64,000 nt of DNA, taken from positions 744,001 to 808,000 of the forward strand of contig CM074811.1 in NCBI GenBank assembly GCA_037447605.1, in the 5' to 3' direction. Under the pieces are notes generated by a model. The model ran no database searches. It was not told the origin of the DNA and saw nothing but the letters and a program-made list of their open reading frames with translations. The number at the start of each line of letters is the position of its first letter. Position 1 is the first letter of the stretch. A program made the position numbers and the translations under genes. This DNA is from Zygnema circumcarinatum SAG 698-1b (Eukaryota > Plantae > Zygnematophyceae). Shown here in pieces: positions 11,517 through 23,636 of the stretch.

Positions 11517-13788
11517 TCAGCTATCTGTAGGCTTGTCTTGTTTGACATCTGCCTCTTTGGAAGCTTCCGGAAGCTTCTGTCCTTTTGAAGAATCTTCTGC
11601 AAGCCCTAATGCAATTTGAGTGGCGTAGAGGGCCAGGCCGAGGGAGTTTGCTCCAAACACAAAGGTTCCAAGCCAGCCGCTTCCCGTTACGAGTGTTCTG
11701 CACATTGAAACAGCATCCCACAGTTTCAGAAAATGAAGAGAGAGAGTGGGAAAGAGGGAGGGAGAGGGAGAGTGGTGAAGAGGGGCCGAACGAGCGAGAG
11801 GGGTTGGCACAGTGAGATCAGGAGGGCGGGAGGGCTGAGAGTGGAGGGAGATGGGGTGGAAGGAAGAGTGAGAGATGGGGGGGGGGCAGTGGTTGAAGGG
11901 TTTGGACGGGAGAGAGTAGGGTGAAGGAGAGGATCGAAATGGAGAGACGAGAGAATGGCAGCAGCAGAAAATAACAATTTGCTCCATGTGTATGGAACGC
12001 TCCTTACCTTACTGCAATAGTGATGTTTCGAATCTGCACCAAAGGAAACACCCAACTTCCCGTTAAACACATGCTCCTCATCTTGATATTGATCACCATT
12101 CCACGACTCTAAAAAAACCAAGGCTTTCTAAACGTAGTCTGAACTGCAGCTCTAAAACGAGGGAGGAATCTATCGGAAGCACGCCAAACCTTTAAAACCT
12201 TCAAAACTTAGATCCCCTACAATATGCCTCCTCGTGAGAAAGCAAAAGTTAAAGTGAGATCGGTAGCTGTTCTTACAGTGTAGTTTCCGGATACAGACTG
12301 ATTTGCAAACGTTTCTTCCACTCCCGTTGTGAAAGTGTATAATACATAGGAGATGGCTCCTGCTAGCAGAGCTCCACTAAAGGTACTGAAGGCCGAGGGG
12401 AGAGGCCTATCAAGTGTGGGAGGAGCTTCTTTTTTTCCTTCCAAAGCCACGTTCAGGCGATCCACTGCTTGAGAGCGAAGCTTCTGAAACAGGCGAAGAC
12501 GAGGAGCTATGTCAGGGTAGAGAGGAACGAGAGAGAAGAGAGAGTGGAGTGGGTCAGGGGGGAGAATAAGGGGGAAGAATGGGAGGGGGGGAGGAGACAG
12601 ACGAACGAAGAGAGGAAAGAGAGTGGGAAACAAAGGGCAAAGGCAGGATGAGGAGGAAAATGCGTGATTTGGTCCGAGTTCGAAGGAACAGGTGAGTTAG
12701 TGTGGGCTTTTCGACACGGATGCTTTCTTACGAATAAGATAGTGAATTGTGTTCTGCTGTGAAGTCAGAAACATTAGTTAGTCACGGTGATTTTCTTCAG
12801 CTCTAGCCCTTAAAACCGTAAATACCTCAGCAAAGAAGCTACTGAAGACCATACAAATAAAAAAATCAAATAATTGAATTGAGAGAAAATTGTTGAACAT
12901 TTCCTCGGAAACACTACTTCGGTTACGCCATGGTCTTATACCAAGCCATACGTTGTCATGGTACAATATCAGGTCTTGTCATGTGATGATGCAAAGGTTA
13001 ATATGGCACAATGTGACGCCATATTATGCCATATACGCTCCTCTGATGCTCACTTTAATAGGAATAACAATCTTACATGAGGTTATTAAAGCACCAATGC
13101 CATGAGTAAAAGTAGAAATGAAAATTTAGCTTACATTTTTTAAGAATTGAAAAACGAAGGAACGAAAGATATCTTTCACCCTTTTTATCTTTCATCCAAC
13201 ACCTTTTCCTCACTCCTTAGCCTACACCATAAGCCTACACCATAACCCTGCTCTCTTTAAGTGGCTCTTTCAAGAAAGAAGCTCTCCTGAAAGAAACTGA
13301 ACGGAGATCTTAGTGCTATATTTCACATTTCCAGTCACAGTTGAAGTCAACATTCCAGGACGCACCGTCTCCTTCGCTCGAGTCGCCCTCCTCCTCAGCG
13401 CTCGAACCAGCAGGAAAGTAATGGCGCCGGTCAGCAGAACACTGGCGCCTGTCTGCAATGGAGTGATTTCCTCTCCTGCAAAGAGCTCGCCATAGTTAAA
13501 ACTTTCTGCAGGAGGGAGTTCTACGGGACCCTCCTCCTGCTCCCTCTCCGTTCTCAACAACGCTCCTTCTTGCTCTGTTTCTGCGAAGGTTGCGAGGATG
13601 TTTCCGGGCTGGAGAGCTGCGGGCTTGGGAGTGGGAGTGGGAGTGGGAGAGGCGTGGCGGAGCTGACACGATGGGAAGGGGGTGAGAGAGAGATGGCGGT
13701 AGGGGTGGGAGAACAGTCGAAGGGGGGAGGTTTGCGAGGAGGGTAGGAGGGGGGAGAGTAAGAAGGAGGAACGGGAAGAGGCAGCCAT
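11517..13788 (-). CDS. DUF3082-family plastid-targeted membrane protein, 4 exons, ~278 aa
   Basis: Exons 13788-13366, 12483-12277, 12033-12008 (26-nt microexon IRNITIAVR), 11697-11517. Ser/Pro-rich transit peptide. The segment FSGALLAGAISYVLYTFTTGVEETFANQSVSGNYTIRNITIAVRTLVTG..LGTFVFGANSLGL matches my recollection of DUF3082 proteins. Confidence 0.85.
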
Positions 13789-15147
13789 GGCGCGAGGGAG
13801 GGAAAAGGCTTATGGAGGGGGGAGAGAAGAAATGCTGGAAAGTGGCTGTCGTGCCGACCCGTGCTGGCCAAAGTCACTCCTCAGTTACAGTTTCAATCTC
13901 AGTTTTACGACTGTTACGTGATGTTACTTGCTTGCAAGACAGTGCATTTTCGAGGTACTGTACCAACTATCGTCAAATTTCATTTTTAGAATTTTTAACC
14001 TAAAATTTCACGCGGCAATCCAACGGTCATTTCATGGCACGACAACACATGATTTTCCTTCAAGAAGGAAACGAAACTTTTTTCGACTTCAACTTTCTTC
14101 AAACGCGACTGCTTTTAGAGCCTAGAGTTCAGCTCCAAGTTTTTTTTTTGCTCCTAAGTCATTTTGTGACCGGTTCACCATGTTCTCCATTTTGGCTTTG
14201 TCCATGTACGTTTGCTGCCGTCGCCATTGTGAAATCAACGCCAATACATTTCCTTTCTTACAAGGAAAAAACCTTTGGTGGACACAAAACACGCACACGG
14301 GCGGCTTAACTATCTGGAGATGGAGGACATCGAATGACCAGTGAGCTTCTTCAGATTTGGTTCTCTCGTTAGGACTCAAAAAGGAATTGGGATGCTGCGA
14401 AGGAGAGTGTGAGTGAGAGAGACGAAGCGAGTGCCTGTTTTGGGCACGCCTAATCACTTAAAACGGAACTTCAAATACTTTAATTTCTTTAAAACTACAA
14501 ATATATACAGTTCGCTCCCATTCAAGTACAGTTCTGTAGCTGTGAATTATTTGCACGTATTAATACATGCACATGGCGGCTAACAACAGAACAGGACAAG
14601 CCAGACACCGAATGTTCCCTAAGTCGTTCTTCCGACCAAAAAAACCTCAGAACAGACTGAAAAAAACGACGGGCTACCCCATAAACTGCTAAAGTAGATA
14701 ATTCTTAAAATTGGATGCTACTTGCCATATTCAACTCCACCCAAACTAATCGCGACAAATAAAGGGATGGAAAGGAGGAAACACAAAGCGGAGTACGGGA
14801 AGGATAAGAGAAATTCACATATTGCAAAGAACACGCGATCGTACACAGCCGTGCAGTGGCTACAGCTACACTTCTGCCAGACTAAATACGTTGGGCGAAC
14901 CAAGCCATCCAACACACCTACCATAACCTCGTCAATAGCAAGCAGATCTGCAATCAAACTCCACCTGAACATTTTAATTGACCTTATTCAAACGGACTCC
15001 AGGAAGGTGGAAGATAGAGCGGAGAGCAGGCTCTACTGGGTGGGGTGGCAAAAATGGAACCTGCACGTTGGCGCTCGACTTAGCAGCTCGTCACGCGACA
15101 GAAAAAACCGAGTCCATTCTACTGGGACTACTCTATTTTCTGTCCAT

Positions 15148-17041
15148 TTACTTGTCATCCAGGCCAGTTGCACCTGTGACTTTATTCTTCAACTCCTCCA
15201 ATTCCATTGCAAGCTCCTTTCGGCTCGACTGTGATGCATCAACAGGTCATGCATTCCACCCATAAGCAAGTAGTTAAGGCGCGAAGGACGGTAATATATG
15301 GGTATATGGATTGTAGCACGAACAGAATCTACCGTAAAAGTATGGAGATAGAAACTTTGGACTACTGCTGAATCACTCACCTTGAAGAGGAGGTAACGGT
15401 AAACAAACCAACCAGTGTAGCCGACACCAACCAGCTCCAGAAGCTTGGGAAGCTGCCAAAAACCCGACATGCCAAAGTATCAGAATAGAGAGCCTAATCG
15501 GCGAGCAAAGACATGAAGTCTAAAAATAGAGCGTATAAACCATCATCCTCGACAAATCCGTTGCAAAAACAAAAAAAAAGCCACAAGCTAAGCAATTAAA
15601 AGCCACGTTCGAAAGAGAGCTGTGGATCAACCCTTCAACTTCAGCAAATGAGCATGGATCAGAGTACACACCAGTGGGACAGCGCTAATGGCGCCAACAA
15701 CAGCAGAAGAAAGCCAGACCACGACGACGGCACCTCCCGTGTATAGGGCGACGGCAGGCTTGTTCTCAATCTTATCCCACTGTGACAGTGGAATGATATT
15801 TTTTTGTCAAAAAAAGGAAAAGTGAAGGACTGACTCAGCCACTGCGGAACACCGTTACGACTCAAGAGGCAAGAACAACGTAGAATGGATCTTGGCAGAA
15901 ATATTGCATAAACAGCCAAAGCTATCAACTAGGTCATGCATCAAATTGCAAACAATAATCGCACCGAAGACTCAAACATTACAGATAGGCTTGATAACTA
16001 TATTTCTAACCCTGAAAAACACGGCTCGATCAAGACCTATTATCACGAGAATGTTGGATGTACACAATCCAGAAAAGACGAAGCACTCTCTTCATGCTGT
16101 GCAACGCAACCACATAAGACAGCAAATCTTGCTCAGGTGGATCACTCCAGACCTTCAGAATTTATAACATTACTAAGTTACGCCAAAACAATTTACTAAT
16201 TCTTGATATAGCCAGTATGTGCGTGCAGTGTTTTTTTTCTATTTACTGAACCTTCCGTCTTCGACAGTCCTCCATCACTTCGTCTTCAGCACCAGAAATC
16301 AATCAAAAAAGATCGACTATTGGAGGAAACATTACCTTCTCCTTCAAGTCGGCAACGATCTTCTCCGTGTCAACTGAGGTGGTCGAAGGAACTTCCTCAG
16401 ACGAGGCCTTGACCAGGGGGCAAACAGACCTAGCTGTACATGCAGAAAGTGGACAGAGAACAAGAACGCGAGTTCAGATCATTCCAGCAGGACACAATCA
16501 AACCCATGTGGATGTCTAGTCCTTCAAAAAGAGAAATGTGTCCTCATTGTCGTTCAAGCTACGCCAATGGCTCTATACCCAGAATCAAAGTCAAAGTAAT
16601 CCTGCGGATCGCTGCCTGATGTGAAAGCACTATTTTGACAAATTTGCAAGAAATACCTTTCCAAACGATCAACTTTGAGGAAGGCCTCACGACAGGAAAA
16701 TCTTCCTCAGAACAACTATTATCATTCGGATCCAATTCAAAGCAGACCTAGTGGACGATTATTAAATATTTTCAAAGCAACAGAAAGAAAAAGTTGCAGA
16801 TCAATGACGGAGAAATAGTTCCGCAAGACACGCAGCAATCTCCACCACTACTTGGCCGCATGCCATCACTCACTTACTCACCCTTCATTTGCTTGCTCAG
16901 CTTAAGCGACGGCCCACAGAAAGAGTTCCTGAAAGCTGAAGCCCTGACACTCCGAACAACCTCGGATTGCCGGGCGTAGCTCCCGCTGGATGACACAGCG
17001 GCGGAGCAGGACACGGCGGAGTGCGTCAGGGTGGCGGCCAT
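15148..17041 (-). CDS. CURT1: Thylakoid curvature protein CURT1 (CAAD domain), 5 exons, ~172 aa
   Basis: Exons 17041-16882, 16433-16336, 15779-15672, 15452-15381, 15228-15148. Transit peptide, then WDKIENK..LYTGGAVVVVWLSSAVVGAISAVPLLPKLLELVGVGYTGWFVYRYLLFKSSRKEL. Confidence 0.95.
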
Positions 17042-18856
17042 GGCTCCTCCTCTTGTTGTTGTTGTTGTACTTGTTGTTGCAGCTGCAGCTCCTTGCGGTA
17101 TTGAAGATAGACTTTTGAGCCTCTGCTTCTTGCACGACTCCTGCAAGCAAGCAAGCAAACGCCTGTCTGGCAGGCTTCAAACCTTCACCAAACCTGGACC
17201 GCCTTCGAGGCTGCCAAATTTCGTCAATTTAAATCCGTGCTTTGCGCATTTTCCAATGAAAGATCGCCACGTACACACAATTCTACACGTGGAATATAGC
17301 TATTGGGTGACGCTCAATTATGGAGTTATTTGCAACGACGGAAGGACCTCTGCCAAAATTCTCGCAACTAAATTTGTGGTTTACAAATTACATTGGTTGT
17401 GGAACGCAGGAAACTGAATCTTTCCAGCAGGGATTGGGACAGATCATTTTCCTCAAACATTTCTGGGCAGAAATGGAAATTTTTGGGCAGATCAAGTGAG
17501 AAAAAAACTTTCTCACATAATCAACCTTGAGTCTTTCCGCTCGTCCGATTCTAATCGGACGGTCCTTAAAAACTTGACTTTCCTTTCAGGTCACCTGAAC
17601 ATCTCTTCAAAATAAAATTTCCGTGCCTGCCCGCCATAAATATTTCTGTATGCTGCCCGCTGGCGGCCGCACAGAGTTCCGGGACCACTTTGTGGCAGAA
17701 TCGGTGGCCACGTGTCCGCGGGCGCCACCTGGCCAGCGCGCTATCTGCAGCGCGCACGCTGATTAGCCGTGGAGACGGACAGGCCCCTCTGATTGGCCGC
17801 GGCCTAGCCGGGGGGGCCACGCTGGACGCCCGCAGGGGAGCCAGAGCTCGCTTCGATGACCGTTGGATGCGGGCATGGGGGTGGCCGTCGGATTTGAATG
17901 TGGGGAAATCTGGGCCGTTGGATTCTGGCATGGGCTTGACCGTAGAGCTCTCAGGAGCGTAGCGTACGGTCACAAGCAGTCATTGATCAACCTCGATTGG
18001 CTGGCCCAGGGGATTGCAGCCACACTGGCAATGGTTGGCTAATCATTGCCAGCCATTGCTAACCAATTGGTTTGATGACTATTGACTGCAGCCGGACAGT
18101 TCGAATGGTGACTCGCAACGTACGCAATGCAGTTGTTGTTGAAAAGTTGCCAATCGCCATTTGGGCAGATGCATGTATGCATGCATCATGTATGGCTCGC
18201 AATGGAGAATGGCCTGAAGGTCCAGTGAAGGGCATTGGTTTCAAGATGCCGATGCCATCACATGAAAGCCCATGTATGTGTGATGGGCAATTTGAGTTGG
18301 CGACGAATGACTTTAAGCGAAATACAAGTTACGAGCCATCCATCACGTCTGCTTCCAGGCCCGACAACGCCCTAACAAATTCGCCGCAACATGAACATGG
18401 TGCAGTACAATCCCTCCCTAGTCCCAGCTTTCCCTCGTGTTGCATGTGCGCATGTTGCTGTGCCATGGTCCCTTGGGCTAACCCATGGGATGGATGCACA
18501 TGGCGGATGACATGGGTATGTATGCTTGCACGGGGCATGCACATTCATCATGCATGCATACGCATACCCGTCTCATTCCAGCTCTTGTTTTTGCACCTTG
18601 TAGTTATGCAGTGAAAGGTGAGTCGCTGATTGCGATGGGCAAGTATGTAAAGGAGAGAAAGCAGAGGTAGAAAGAGGGAGAGAGAGAGAGTGAGAGTGAG
18701 AGAGAGAGAGAGAGTGAGAGTGGGAGTGAGAGAGAGAGAGAAAGAGAGAGAAGGAGAGGCGCTCTCATCCCTGTGCTTTGGTTGTGAGAAAAAGAAGGTG
18801 AAGAGGCTCGGCCCTGCTTGCTTTGAGGAGGGGACCAAGGAGGAGGCTTTTTTGCA

Positions 18857-21581
18857 ATGGAGCAGGCGTCTGGTTACATTTCGCATGCACTTAGCCTTCT
18901 CGAGACGGAGAGCTACCCTGCGGCAAGGGACTTGACTGGAATCTTAATTTTCGCTTCTCTGTTTCCAATTGTTCGATTTATTCTTGATCGGCACGTCTTT
19001 GAGGTGATGATTAGATTACTCAGCCATTCTTCCCGCAAGCTGCATCTTTTAAAATGCATAGCAATTTTTTTTTTTTTTGACAAAGAATGAGGAGACTCGA
19101 GGAATCACTTGATATCCCTAAGTTCTTATTTGCTAATGTCAGTGTTCACGCCGTTCGAATCCGGCGTAAAAGAGACAACAGTCTTGATGTATTCTCCCTT
19201 GTCAAAGGAACTCAACACTGGTACTGCCTCGCGGAAATGCTCGTTGCCCTCGCAGAAGCAAGGAAAGAAGCGCATCTTCTGCAATGTTCAAAAGGGCGCT
19301 CTCTCAGAGGCAGACCGTGAGGCCCTAAAAAAGAAGCACATAAAGTTCAAGGAGTCATGCTGGAAGTGCACATACTATCTTCTCGCTTTCGTCTTTGCCG
19401 TGGCGGTTACAGTGGGAGAGCCCTGGGCGCGCAGCAGCAGGATGTTCTGGGAGGGACCGGGGGACTTGGTTTGGCCGGACCAGACGATGAAGTAAATCTC
19501 CATCCGAATACCTTGCCATCACTGGGATTTAAGGTTAGGTTTCGACTTTTAACAATAGGGTTAGGGTTAGGGTTAGGGTTAGGGTGAAGGTGACTATGAG
19601 GGTAATGATGATCATGTTTCAGGCCAGAGTCAGGGCTTGGGCTATGCTGGGACTAGGTCTACCGATAGATTTAGTATTAGAGTTAAGATTAGGACACAGG
19701 TTTATGTTTGAGCAGGGGTACGGGTAGGTTTAGGGTTATGTTAGGCTAAGGTTTATGTTTAGTGTTATAGTTGAGATTTTGGCAGTACAAACACGAAAAT
19801 GTGCGATTTTGTGGTATGTCAGTGTTAGGGTTAAGGCTATGGCAGGGATTTGGGGTTACAGTGAGCATTTGCATTTGAGTAGAGGAGTTGGAGCAAAGCT
19901 TGTGAGGTCTGGTATAGGGTTAGGCTAACTTGACTTCCTTTTGCATGCCCCTTTCCTGAATTCATTTCAATTGCATGTCCTTTTCATACTCCTGACTTGC
20001 TCCCCTTGAAACGTAGTATTCAGAAGTATGTTTCGCTCCTCGGTTTGGAGCAAGTGGGTTTTGTAAGCACAACGTTTTGCTTGCATAATTTGAAGAGCTA
20101 TTTTGTTTGTAGGGATGGATCTGAGTTCTTCGAGATACTTAAGACTTGTTGGCGCCTTCTTTTTTCAGGTTGAAATTGAAACTATTGTACACATTTGTCG
20201 GTGGTTTCTACTCCTATTCCATATTCGCTCTCATCTTCTGGGAGACGAGGAGAAAGGATTTTGGAGTTAGCATGTCGCATCATATTGCAGCAGTCGCCCT
20301 TATTGTTTTCTCTTATATCTCGAGGTGAGCCGAAGCCGGCCATGTTTGTTTTGAAACTGCACCCAACTCTATTTTTGCTGAGTTTCTGGAAATAACTACT
20401 TCCTAGCAATCGGACGGGAGAGGAATTGTTGTGTGGATGTTTTCTGCCCGTTCTCCTTAATTCCATAACTCTTCCTCTCACAATCTTCTTCCATCCTCTT
20501 CTTATCATCTTATCGGAGACCGAATGATCATTCCCTCTGTTGGGTCTTAAAGAGAAAGAGAAACACCAGTATATGCAACGTAAAAAAATGGTGCGAAAAA
20601 GTAGCTGAATGCATCTCAATTCCTGCACAGCTGTAAAAGCGGTGAATTCCTGTTAACTCCCTTTAATGTATCAACTAACTAAGCTTTCACTTCCGTCATT
20701 CCGTGGCCAGTTGTTGAAACTCATCACTGGAACGATTCCCTTGTTGGCGCAGGTTTGGTCGCATATGCTCTATTGTGGTTGCCCTCCATGATGGCAGCGA
20801 TGTGCTCCTCGAGATGGCCAAATTGAGCAAATATGTGGACGCTGAGATTGGCGCCACCGTCTTCTTTGGTCTTTTTGCTGTGTCTTGGCTCGTATTGCGC
20901 ATACTCTACTTCCCTCTGTACATCATTCGGAGCACAAGGTATATGCCCTTCACATCAACACCCTTGTTCTATACATGCCGGAACTAAGCCATAACGGGAA
21001 ATAAGCCATAATGAGCTGCTTACAACACCACCACTTTGAGAATTCCCTTTATCAGTCTGGCCGTGTCTATCTTATTCAGATTATCAACCAGGGGCTTAAG
21101 GGGGGTGTTGAGGTGCAGCTATGAGGTGTTGCAAGTACTCGACAAGGCAAAGCATATGGAGGAAGGCCCCGTCTTGTACTACGTATTCAACACTCTCCTC
21201 ATCATGCTCTTCGTGATGCATGTATATTGGTTTGTCCTCATTTTGAGAGTGGTGGCAAAGCAGTTAGCAACCCACGGGCATGTGGAGGGAGACGTCCGCT
21301 CAGGTGCGTTTCCCCTCTCCTTCCTCTCTCCTCCCTCACTGCTCCCTCCCTCCCACCTCCCTGCTCCCTCTCCCCTTACCCCCCTCCTCCCTTTTCCCTC
21401 CTCTCTCAGTTCAGCGAAATTCAATGAAGTCTTCATTTCCTTTAGAGTGAAGGTTCGCATGTCACAAGGCCAGTAAGAGGGGAGAACTGCTTGTGTGAGA
21501 AGGTTTGAGACATTATGAGCCAATTCAGTGGAACTCCAACTGATTGCCCAGATTTGTGACGCAGATGACGAGGATGAGTAA
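18857..21581 (+). CDS. LOH: LAG1/TLC-domain ceramide synthase (LOH-like), 6 exons, ~308 aa
   Basis: Exons 18857-19003, 19256-19491, 20169-20324, 20753-20938, 21119-21303, 21565-21581. KFKESCWK; Lag1 motif [15 protein letters not shown]...[10 protein letters not shown]; acidic C-terminus DVRSDDEDE*. Paralog number not assignable. Confidence 0.93.
19556..19584 (+). repeat. Interstitial telomere-like tract TAGGG(TTAGGG)4, with degenerate continuation to ~19925
   Basis: Directly readable in intron 2 of the ceramide synthase gene. Confidence 0.9.
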
Positions 21582-21829
21582 ACAATGGTGGCTGCTACCT
21601 CTTTGAACTTCAAGTTTGAAGTTCTTCTATCTGAGGAGTTTCTTATACCTCTCGTGAAGCCCTTAATTTCAAACACGTCTAATTCATTTAGCCTTTTGTG
21701 AGTGCTTAGTTATTTTGTTGTGTTCCCTTGTCAGCCAAAGATGAAGGTCGCCTTGCTCTTGTACATAGCCGTCTTCTATGTGTACCTGTTCAGAGGGAAA
21801 GGTAGTCAAGCGTTATCGCCTATGCTTCT

Positions 21830-21970
21830 CCTCCCTCTCCCTCTCCCTCTCCCTCTCCCTCTCCCTCTCCCTNNNNNNNNNNCTCCCTCTCCCTCTCCCT
21901 CTCCCTCTCCCTTTCCCTCTCCCACTCCCTCTCCCTTTCCCTCTCCCTCTCCCGCTCCCTCTCCCTCTTC
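21830..21970. repeat. (CTCTCC)n hexamer microsatellite containing a 10-N gap (21873-21882)
   Basis: Directly readable. The other 10-N gaps, at 203-212 and 56680-56689, also lie in purine tracts. Confidence 0.9.
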
Positions 21971-22844
21971 CCTCCCACTCTTCCTCCCCGTCGTCAACAC
22001 TTTCCCCTTCTGCCCTCTCGCTCTCCGGTCTTCACCCCTCTCCCCTCCTGCCCTCCCTCTCCCTCTCCCTGGCAAAATTTTGTCTTTTGTAGGAGGCATC
22101 GGGATGAGAGTCGACGGGTGCTAGTTGGTGACTGTCATGGGTTTTAGTCTATCGAAGTTGTTTTGATTGTGTTTCCCAAAACTCGCATTCATTCACAGTC
22201 AGTCAGTCAGTTTAAATTGATTAAAGTGAAACTCAAACCGAATTCTTTTTAAAGACACATGATTCAATCTGATACTATGGAGATTGTGTTAAAGAAGTTG
22301 CCTGTAATTCACTCTTATCGAGCAGAAGATTAACCACGAAAATGAGAGGGTCGCCACTCTTCTCGGTTTGTGGATTGAATGTGTGCAGAAAACTTCTGCA
22401 CATGCACTGAACGAAAACAATGAGAAAAACGATTTGTAAAGACCTTTGATTTACCCTAAAATCTCTAATTTTGGCAATCAACTTGCTTGTATTTTATTTT
22501 TTCAATATAGGACATGCGACGCAAGTTGCGCATCCAACGATCATATATACTTCAAAATATTTTGAAGTACCGTGTTCAAAAGTTTTCAAGTAGAATAGAT
22601 GTGGCATTGACCTCACTATGGCGACGATGCCATCCACTGTACATGGACGAAAGTTAGTTTCAAATTAGTTTTCAAAACGTGTATCACTTGTCGTTTAGCG
22701 AGGGGTGTTTAACGGTTATCATCTCACTTGGTCAAGGTGGCGCTTGCATCCGCCGTTCACTTTCAGTCTCCCTCGCGGCCATCCAGCCGTCGATTTCCGC
22801 TCAATCACCGTACGCCTGACCAACAGCCTTTTGTACGGTCGGAG

Positions 22845-23636
22845 AATGCTACTGCACCTTCAATTTTGGTTATTCCAACCCCCCTTTTTGAAAATTTTGC
22901 CTGCCCATTTTGGTTATCCCACCCCCCCCTTTTGGATATTTCACCCCCACCCTATTTTGGATATCCTACCCCCATGTTTTGGATATTTCGGGAGGTAATC
23001 TTGTGCCCCTCCCCTCCCCTCCCCTTCCCCCCTCACATCGGCCCTTCCCTCCCTCCAACCCCCACCCGGTTATGAAGAAACGAGGTCGACCTACTAGCGC
23101 GCGCAGTCAAGCAATCAATCGGGACAGGAGCTATTTCGAGTACGCTGAGGGGAACAAATGTTCCAATTGCAAGCAACCAGGCCACAACTTAACAACTTGC
23201 CTTTATTAGGGGGTCTACAATCCTTACCTAAAAATAAAGAGTAACGGTTGCCCCACATTGGTGACCTTTGCGGCTGCTTTTAAGGCTGCGTTTTTGCGCT
23301 GAGGTTTAGTTTTTTTTTTTTAGTTTTTTGCTCCTAGTTTTTTTATTTTGTGCTTAGGTCCTTTGCGACCAGTTTCTTGTGGTTCCCCATGCTGACTTCG
23401 TCCATGTTCATTTGATGGCCTCGCCATCATGAGATCAATGCATATCCCCTTTTCTTTTGTTGCACAATGTTGGAAGTCAATAGTGAGAAGGAAAAAACAA
23501 GGGGGTATGACTGTACGAGTATCCAAAATAAGGGGGTGAAATATCCAGAACAGGGGGTGGGATAACCAAAATGGGCAGGTAAAATTTTCAAAAAGGGTGG
23601 GGGTGGAATAACCAAATGGGGCGGTGCAGTACCATT
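22845..23636 (+). mobile_element. Non-autonomous Mutator-like (MULE) element: ~118-bp terminal inverted repeats and a transposase C-terminal remnant
   Basis: 22845-22963 and 23520-23636 are reverse complements (e.g. TTTTTGAAAATTTTGCCTGCCCATTTTGGTTATCCCACCCC vs GGGGTGGGATAACCAAAATGGGCAGGTAAAATTTTCAAAAA). Internal ORF 23072-23209 reads MKKRGRP...RDRSYFE...KCSNCKQPGHNLTTC (RGRP plus CX2CX4HX4C knuckle). No TSD found. Confidence 0.75.
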
